Of a stretch of 14,148 bases of DNA, positions 9,104-14,148 are shown piece by piece. This DNA is from Octopus sinensis. Taxonomy: Eukaryota. The DNA is taken from the NCBI RefSeq assembly GCF_006345805.1, contig NW_021825886.1, positions 1 to 14,148 on the forward strand. Reading direction: 5' to 3'. Position numbers and translations under genes: made by a program. The notes under the pieces were generated by a model. That model was not told the DNA's origin. It saw only the letters and a list, made by a program, of their open reading frames with translations, and did not search any database. Position 1 is the stretch's first letter, and each line of letters begins with the position of its first letter.

Positions 9104-10321
9104 CAAACTACGTTCAAAGATACTGTACTTGATATGGGCGGTAGTGCCTTGCCGGTTCATGGCCTACCTTCAACAAACGGGAAGGCACAAACACTCTGTC
9201 TTCACATTGCTGCGTGAGATATGTTTTAATGTTGACGAGCTTGCCGAGTACATAGCCGACAATGAGCCAAAGCTCCTTCCAGAACAGAATTTGCTTACAA
9301 CTCCGTTGTTAATTCAGTCCGGGCCAAAGCTGTGGGGATATTTTTCCTGGACGCTCCTGGGGGCACTGGGAAAACTTTTCTCAACAAATTAATATTGGCT
9401 GAGATTAGGCGAACACAAGGCATTGCCCTAGCTGTGGCATCATCTGCAATTGCGGCTACTTTGTTGCCAGGCGGCAGGACAGCTCACTCCACTTTCAAAC
9501 TTCCGCTTGACTTAGCGAAGACTGAGACACCAACTTGCAACATCAGTAACAGCTCCGATCAGGCAGAAGTCTTCAGACGATGCAAGCTTATCGTTTGGGT
9601 TGAATGCACGATGGCCCACAGAGGTGCTCTTGGGGCACTAGATAGATCTCTCAGAGACATCAAACACTCTTCAGCTCCCATGGGAGGCATAACACTTCTT
9701 CTTTCAGGGGACTTCCGACAAACACTTCCCGTTATTCCCAAAGGGACTAGAACTGATGCAGTAAGTGCGTGTCTTAAGTCATCCACCTTGTGGCCACTGG
9801 TGAAAACTCTCAAACTTCACACCAATATGCGTGCTCAAATGCGACGTAATATCACATCAGCAGCATTTTCTCACACCCTCCTTGCACTTGGCGAAGGCAA
9901 AATACCAGGGGATGAAAATGGTAATATTGCCATCGATTCCATTTGTACCATTGTTAAAACGCCTTCTGATCTCAGAGATGCAGCGTTCCCAGATCTACAA
10001 GCTAATTATCAGAATAGGGATTGGATTGGCCAAAGGGCTATTCTGGCCCCGAGGAATAAAACTGTTCACCATATTAATGATGAAATGCTAAAACTCATTC
10101 CTGGGGATGTCTATGTATATAAGTCTATCGATACAACTCCTGATCTAGAGGACGTCATCAACTATCCAATAGAGGTACTCAATTCCTTTTAGACCCCTGG
10201 ACTACCACCACACATTCTCAAACTTAAAGTTGGTGCCCCTATAATGCTCATTAGAAATTTGGTTCCCCCAAAACAATGGAATGACACACGTTTGATCGTT
10301 AAGTCCTTATCTCCCACAGTA
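9104..10321 (+). pseudogene. Helitron RepHel PIF1-family (SF1B) helicase remnant
   Basis: Contains FFLDAPGGTGKTF (Walker A), ASSAIAATLLPGGRTAHSTFKLP, LIVWVECTM (Walker B, DE changed to VE), GDFRQTLPVIP and RAILAPRN. After the TAG at 10190-10192 it continues TPGLPPHILKLKVGAPIMLIRNL..QWNDTRL. Upstream frameshifted pieces read MGGSALPVHGLPS and LLREICFNVDELAEYIADNEPKLLPEQ. Motifs V/VI and the HUH Rep domain are absent. Confidence 0.93.
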
Positions 10322-10423
10322 AACTTATATCAATATTTGCCTGAATAATCATCATAATTCAGTGCAATCATTAATAGTACTTTCAAGCAATTCAGCCCCG
10401 AGCATCGCCAGGCATTCTGCTAG
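9104..10423 (+). mobile_element. Defective Helitron (5'-truncated, internally deleted) with intact 3' terminus
   Basis: RepHel helicase remnant followed by the GC-rich subterminal sequence GCCCCGAGCATCGCCAGGC (10395-10413) and CTAG (10420-10423), then T of a (TA)n tract. This is the canonical hairpin-CTRR|T end. Confidence 0.88.
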
Positions 10424-10473
<50 letters not shown>

Positions 10474-10492
10474 ATATTATATATATATATAT

Positions 10493-10635
10493 AGTATTAT
10501 TGGACGCTCAAAAAGAAGAAAAGAAGGAGGGTTTAACGTTTCGAGCGGAGCTCTTCGCCGGAAACATAGGAGAAGGAAAGATCCAGAGAAGGGAAAACAG
10601 AGGAAAAAAATCGCCAACGGTACACACGCGGTCAG
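10493..10635 (-). mobile_element. Short Penelope-like pLTR fragment (element 3) between (TA)n and (GA)n
   Basis: Complex 140-bp island containing a minimal hammerhead motif; its 3' side abuts (TA)n. Confidence 0.65.
10531..10565 (-). ncRNA. Minimal hammerhead motif with short palindromic stem III, core mutated
   Basis: guuu-CCGGCGA-A-gagc(ucc)gcuc-GAA-ACGU-U-aaac. 4-bp stem I, 4-bp stem II, GAAACGUU; the core reads CCGGCGA instead of CUGANGA. Confidence 0.72.
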
Positions 10636-11133
10636 AGAGAGAGAAGGATGGAAGGGGGAGACAGGCAGCCGACAGACTGAGAAAGATATATACAGGCAGA
10701 TGGACAGAGAGATAGACGTTTAGACAGACAGATTATTTAGCAATAAAGTCACAAAAGTGATTCGAGAGCTAGTTAGTGTACGTGCGTTGCACTTATCGCA
10801 CACATGCAATGTACGAAATTCTTGAACCTGGAGTCGCTTTTGTGGGTTTACAGCTAAATATAATATAATATAAACAAAAAGAAACAGTCTGCTTTTGGGT
10901 ACTGAGTACCATTTCTCCTATGTGTGGTACCTTACGCTCACACGCATATACTCAGACACTCACACACATATGCTCACACACACTCACACACATGTTCGTT
11001 AAGAATACATATGTACATACACGTGTCTGGATGTTTGTGTATATGTATTACTTATGTACTCTGTGTTTGTGTACGTGTGTATATATATGAGATACGAGTG
11101 TATATACAGAGAGCAATGTGTGTGTTTGTGCAG

Positions 11134-11183
<50 letters not shown>

Positions 11184-11594
11184 GGGTGTGAAGGGTGTGT
11201 GTTTCTCTCCCTCCTTCATGTTCGGTGTAATTAATTTCTTATCTCAGTCTAATACTTCACACAACTGTTTCCGGTTCTGCCCAAATTATGTTGTACCAAG
11301 ATGTTTTCGGTCAGGACCGAAAATCACCTCACCAGCACCTCACCAGCCCTGCCTCATCACCAGCCACCGCTACCACCTCTACCATCACCACCTCCATTAT
11401 ATCGTTTTATTCCCATCATCAACGTCTTCACCTCCACCACCAGACCTCAGTGTATTTCCAATGCACTATCTTAATCACCATCACCATCACCGACGACGAC
11501 AGCATTAATATCACCACCTCTTCTACTACCTCCTCCGCTGCCATCCTCTTACATATAAAGGCAGGGAGGTGTTCTCTATATGACATTGAATTAT

Positions 11595-11603
11595 GATAAT
11601 AAC

Positions 11604-11671
<68 letters not shown>

Positions 11672-11682
11672 TAATAATAATA
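11595..11682. repeat. (AAT)n microsatellite; other (ATT)n tracts at 12130-12190, 12411-12516 and 13065-13150; (GT)n at 11137-11180
   Basis: Directly visible. Confidence 0.95.
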
Positions 11683-11690
11683 AGTGTTGT

Positions 11691-11830
11691 TGCGGCATTT
11701 CGTCCGTCTCAGTTCAAATTACGCCCGGTTCGACTTTGCCTTTCATCCTTTCGGGTTGATAAATTAAATCCCTTTGAAACCCCTCCTCCAAAATTTCAGG
11801 CATTTTACTTTAGTAGGAAGGATTGTTATT
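11691..11830 (+). mobile_element. 5'-truncated, internally deleted SINE family A copy
   Basis: AGTTCAAATTACGCCCGGTTCGACTTTGCCTTTCATCCTTTCGGGTTGATAAATTAA ... CCAAAATTTCAGGC ... AAGGATTGTTATT. Confidence 0.82.
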
Positions 11831-12045
11831 TCGGTTTGGCTCAGGTTCGGTCTTGTTCCTGGTTGGACTTTTGTGGATAGCGGCTTACTACCTGTAACCT
11901 GAAATGTCCACAGGATTTCAGCTGTCTTTCAAGTGTTTAGAACACCCCTGGTTATCCTTGCTGATCCTAAGAGACAAACTTTCTGTAGGAACTCTACCGA
12001 GCATTCTATTCCCATCTACTTCAGCCATTTGTCTATATCTTGACT
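11828..12045 (-). mobile_element. 3' end of a second RLE-type (R4/Dong-like) non-LTR retrotransposon
   Basis: 12045 to 11929 translates as SQDIDKWLK*MGIECSVEFLQKVCLLGSARITRGVLNT*, the LQK..LLG.A.I.R.VL terminus, followed by about 100 nt of putative 3' UTR. Confidence 0.8.
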
Positions 12046-12046
12046 T

Positions 12047-12128
12047 AGGGCGGCGAGCTGGCAGAATCGCTAATACGCTGGGCCAAAAGTTTAGCTGCAT
12101 TTAGTTCGTTTTTGTGTTCTAAGTTCAA

Positions 12129-12131
<3 letters not shown>
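12047..12131 (+). mobile_element. tRNA-like 5' half of SINE family A, ending at the B-box
   Basis: GGCGGCGAGCTGGCAGAATCGCTAATACG ... TTCTAAGTTCAAATT running into (ATT)n. Confidence 0.82.
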
Positions 12132-12163
<32 letters not shown>

Positions 12164-12190
12164 TACTACTACTACTACTACTACTACTAT

Positions 12191-12407
12191 ATAAAGGATT
12201 GAGGTAACTCCTCCAGAAGATATAGAGTCGAAATTAAAAGAAGGTTGCCATTGTTATCTAGTGAACGATATTTCGACATCTTGTGTGTCTTCACCTGGTT
12301 CAAAAAATAATTTTGTCAATCTACTTCATTTTGGTTATTATAGACACACAAAATGTCGAAATATCGTTCACTAGATAACAATGGCACTCTTCTTTTAATT
12401 TTGACTC

Positions 12408-12410
<3 letters not shown>
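12191..12410 (-). mobile_element. Small fold-back element 4 with degenerate minimal hammerhead, in (ACT)n/(ATT)n
   Basis: 69-bp inverted arms at 12222-12290 and 12342-12410 (4 mismatches by eye). Minus 12302-12262 reads ugaac-CAGGUGA-A-gaca(cacaaga)uguc-GAA-AUAU-C-guuca. Confidence 0.7.
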
Positions 12411-12464
<54 letters not shown>

Positions 12465-12471
12465 TATTATA

Positions 12472-12516
<45 letters not shown>

Positions 12517-13064
12517 GAGTGAGAGAGCAGTTCATGCCATCAAAGTGACACTGGGGTAAAATATACGAAGCCCATATACCCATCATGACTACCGTCTGAT
12601 AAAGGTACACCAGGCACATGCATCACAACCATATGTGCGCGACATGGTGATCTCATATCAAGATAAACAGCACATGACCTTGCAGGTGGGGCCCAGTTAG
12701 AATTTTCTTCAGTTGATTGAGGCCCATCCTGCTCAAACGGTCCTTGAATAAGGGTTGCTTTAGGATGTTGAACGAAACCCTATGTTCCAGAGGTGAACCA
12801 TTCAAACTCCAAAGAATCCTCTCAACACATGGCCATGATGCTCCCCCACTACTTCTGCTCGTGATCAGAGATGCACATATCGTCAGCCACTAAGGGACAT
12901 GCTCAACTGGTTAAGGTCAAACACTGACAGCAAATCTGTGGTATTGAGCAGAATATTTGCTGTAGCCCATCTTTTATACCAAGACAAAACAATGTACAGA
13001 TAACACTTCCAATCAGTTAAGATCAGAAGCCATGAGAGCCACTGCCTGGTACTGCATCAGGGCA
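12517..13064 (-). mobile_element. Unclassified 548-bp complex insertion within an (ATT)n tract; probable non-autonomous retroelement
   Basis: Sharp boundaries with (ATT)n on both sides, no ORF and no terminal inverted repeats. Strand inferred from a G-U-dependent hairpin. Confidence 0.5.
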
Positions 13065-13115
13065 TTTATTATTATTATTATATTATTATTATTATTATTA
13101 TTACTATTATTATAC

Positions 13116-13152
<37 letters not shown>

Positions 13153-13685
13153 AATAGACTGTCATCTGCTTCCTCTGTATGGAGGGAAATTGGTTGGATG
13201 TACATGGTGAGCTGCAGAATGTTATTCATATACATGTGTGTGTATGGAGAGAGAGAGAGAGGGGGGGGAGAGACAAACAGAGAGACAGAATGAAAGAAAA
13301 ATGTGAGTGTATGTGTGCTGTTGTGTGTGTGTGTGTGTGTATGCAGGTATGTGGCAGCGGTTGTGCGTTGGTGATGGTAGGAGTGTAACAAATGAATGGA
13401 TTCAAGGTCTATAATCTGTTCCAGGTGTCTGATATCATATATGTGAATATGTCTATACTTACTCCTGCATACCCATGCATGCACCAGCACATATACAGGC
13501 CCAGAGGCGCGCAAGTGCGTTACAAATGGAGTTACATGAACACACTCAGGACGGTTATGGAGTAAAATTTCATAAGTTTTATGATTGAATTAAAACATGA
13601 TAGAGTTTTTGACTCTGACATGAAACTATTCGTAACGATAGCAATATGATATAATATGATGCGTGTGTATACATACGTTTATATA

Positions 13686-13936
13686 TCATCATCATCATCA
13701 TCATCATCATCATTTAACGTCCGTTTTCCGCGCTAGCACGGGTTGGACGGTTTCGACCGGGGTCTGGGGAGCTCGGGACTGCCCCAGGCTCCAGTCTAGT
13801 TTGGCAGTGTTTCTACGGCTGGATGCCCTTCCTAACGCCAACCACTCCGCGAGTGTAGTGGGTGTTTTTTACGTGCCACCTGCACAGGTGCCAGAGGGGT
13901 CTGGCATCGGCCACGTTCGGATGGTGCTTTTTATGT
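13686..13936 (-). mobile_element. RTE-type LINE/SINE 3' end with (GAT)n tail
   Basis: Minus strand TTGGCGTTAGGAAGGGCATCCAGCCGTAGAAAC ... AACCCGTGCTAGCGCGGAAAACGGACGTTAAA(TGA)n. The AGGAAGGGCATCCRGCCGTA motif is recalled from RTE-associated repeats; not searched. Confidence 0.65.
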
Positions 13937-13943
13937 GGGGGGG

Positions 13944-14148
13944 GCAGAAATATAGGGGAGCACCAGTGGGAGGGATGGTTCAGAGGACAGGTACGAGGCA
14001 AGTAGAACGTAGGTTACCGAGAGAGGGGTAATGCATGGTGAAATAGCGTATTGAAGAGGGGGCTTCAAATAGTAGACACCTATAATGGTGGTGGGGCGGT
14101 GCAGAAATATAGGGGAGCACCAGTGGGAGGGGTGGTTCAGAGGACAAG
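13944..14148. repeat. Direct repeat with 157-bp period, running off the window
   Basis: 13944-13989 matches 14101-14146 with 1 mismatch. Confidence 0.8.

Noticed and set aside
9332-10192. 286-aa ORF as a functional host PIF1 gene
   Set aside because: Walker B aspartate lost, upstream frameshifts, premature stop, motifs V/VI missing, and a Helitron 3' end follows.
10924-11596. 194-aa and 102-aa ORFs as exons
   Set aside because: Dominated by (CA)/(GT)/(CAC) low-complexity sequence; no recognisable domain.
12840-12905. Minus-strand CTGACGA...GAAG as a hammerhead or HDV-like ribozyme
   Set aside because: No GAAA or stem III; an HDV-like fit lacked the L3 and J4/2 consensus.

Overview
AT-rich, microsatellite-dense animal genomic DNA with no intact protein-coding gene. 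The SINE families look octopus/cephalopod-like from memory, which is an inference. Almost all ORFs in the track are simple-repeat artefacts. Contents: (1) about 15 copies or fragments of three tRNA-type SINE families. (2) Two decayed 3' ends of RLE-endonuclease (R4/Dong-like) non-LTR retrotransposons. (3) A dead, internally deleted Helitron with a PIF1 helicase remnant and an intact CTAG 3' end. (4) An RTE-type 3' tail. (5) Four sequence-unrelated, non-coding elements in (TA)n/(ATT)n tracts (6517-7222, 7828-8613, 10493-10635, 12191-12410), each with a minimal type I hammerhead ribozyme motif whose stem III is palindromic. Three of the four show the same polarity, a 5' fold-back inverted copy followed by the ribozyme-sense segment (partial tandem in two). 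This fits Penelope-like pseudo-LTRs or retrozyme-like non-autonomous elements and is the most interesting signal.
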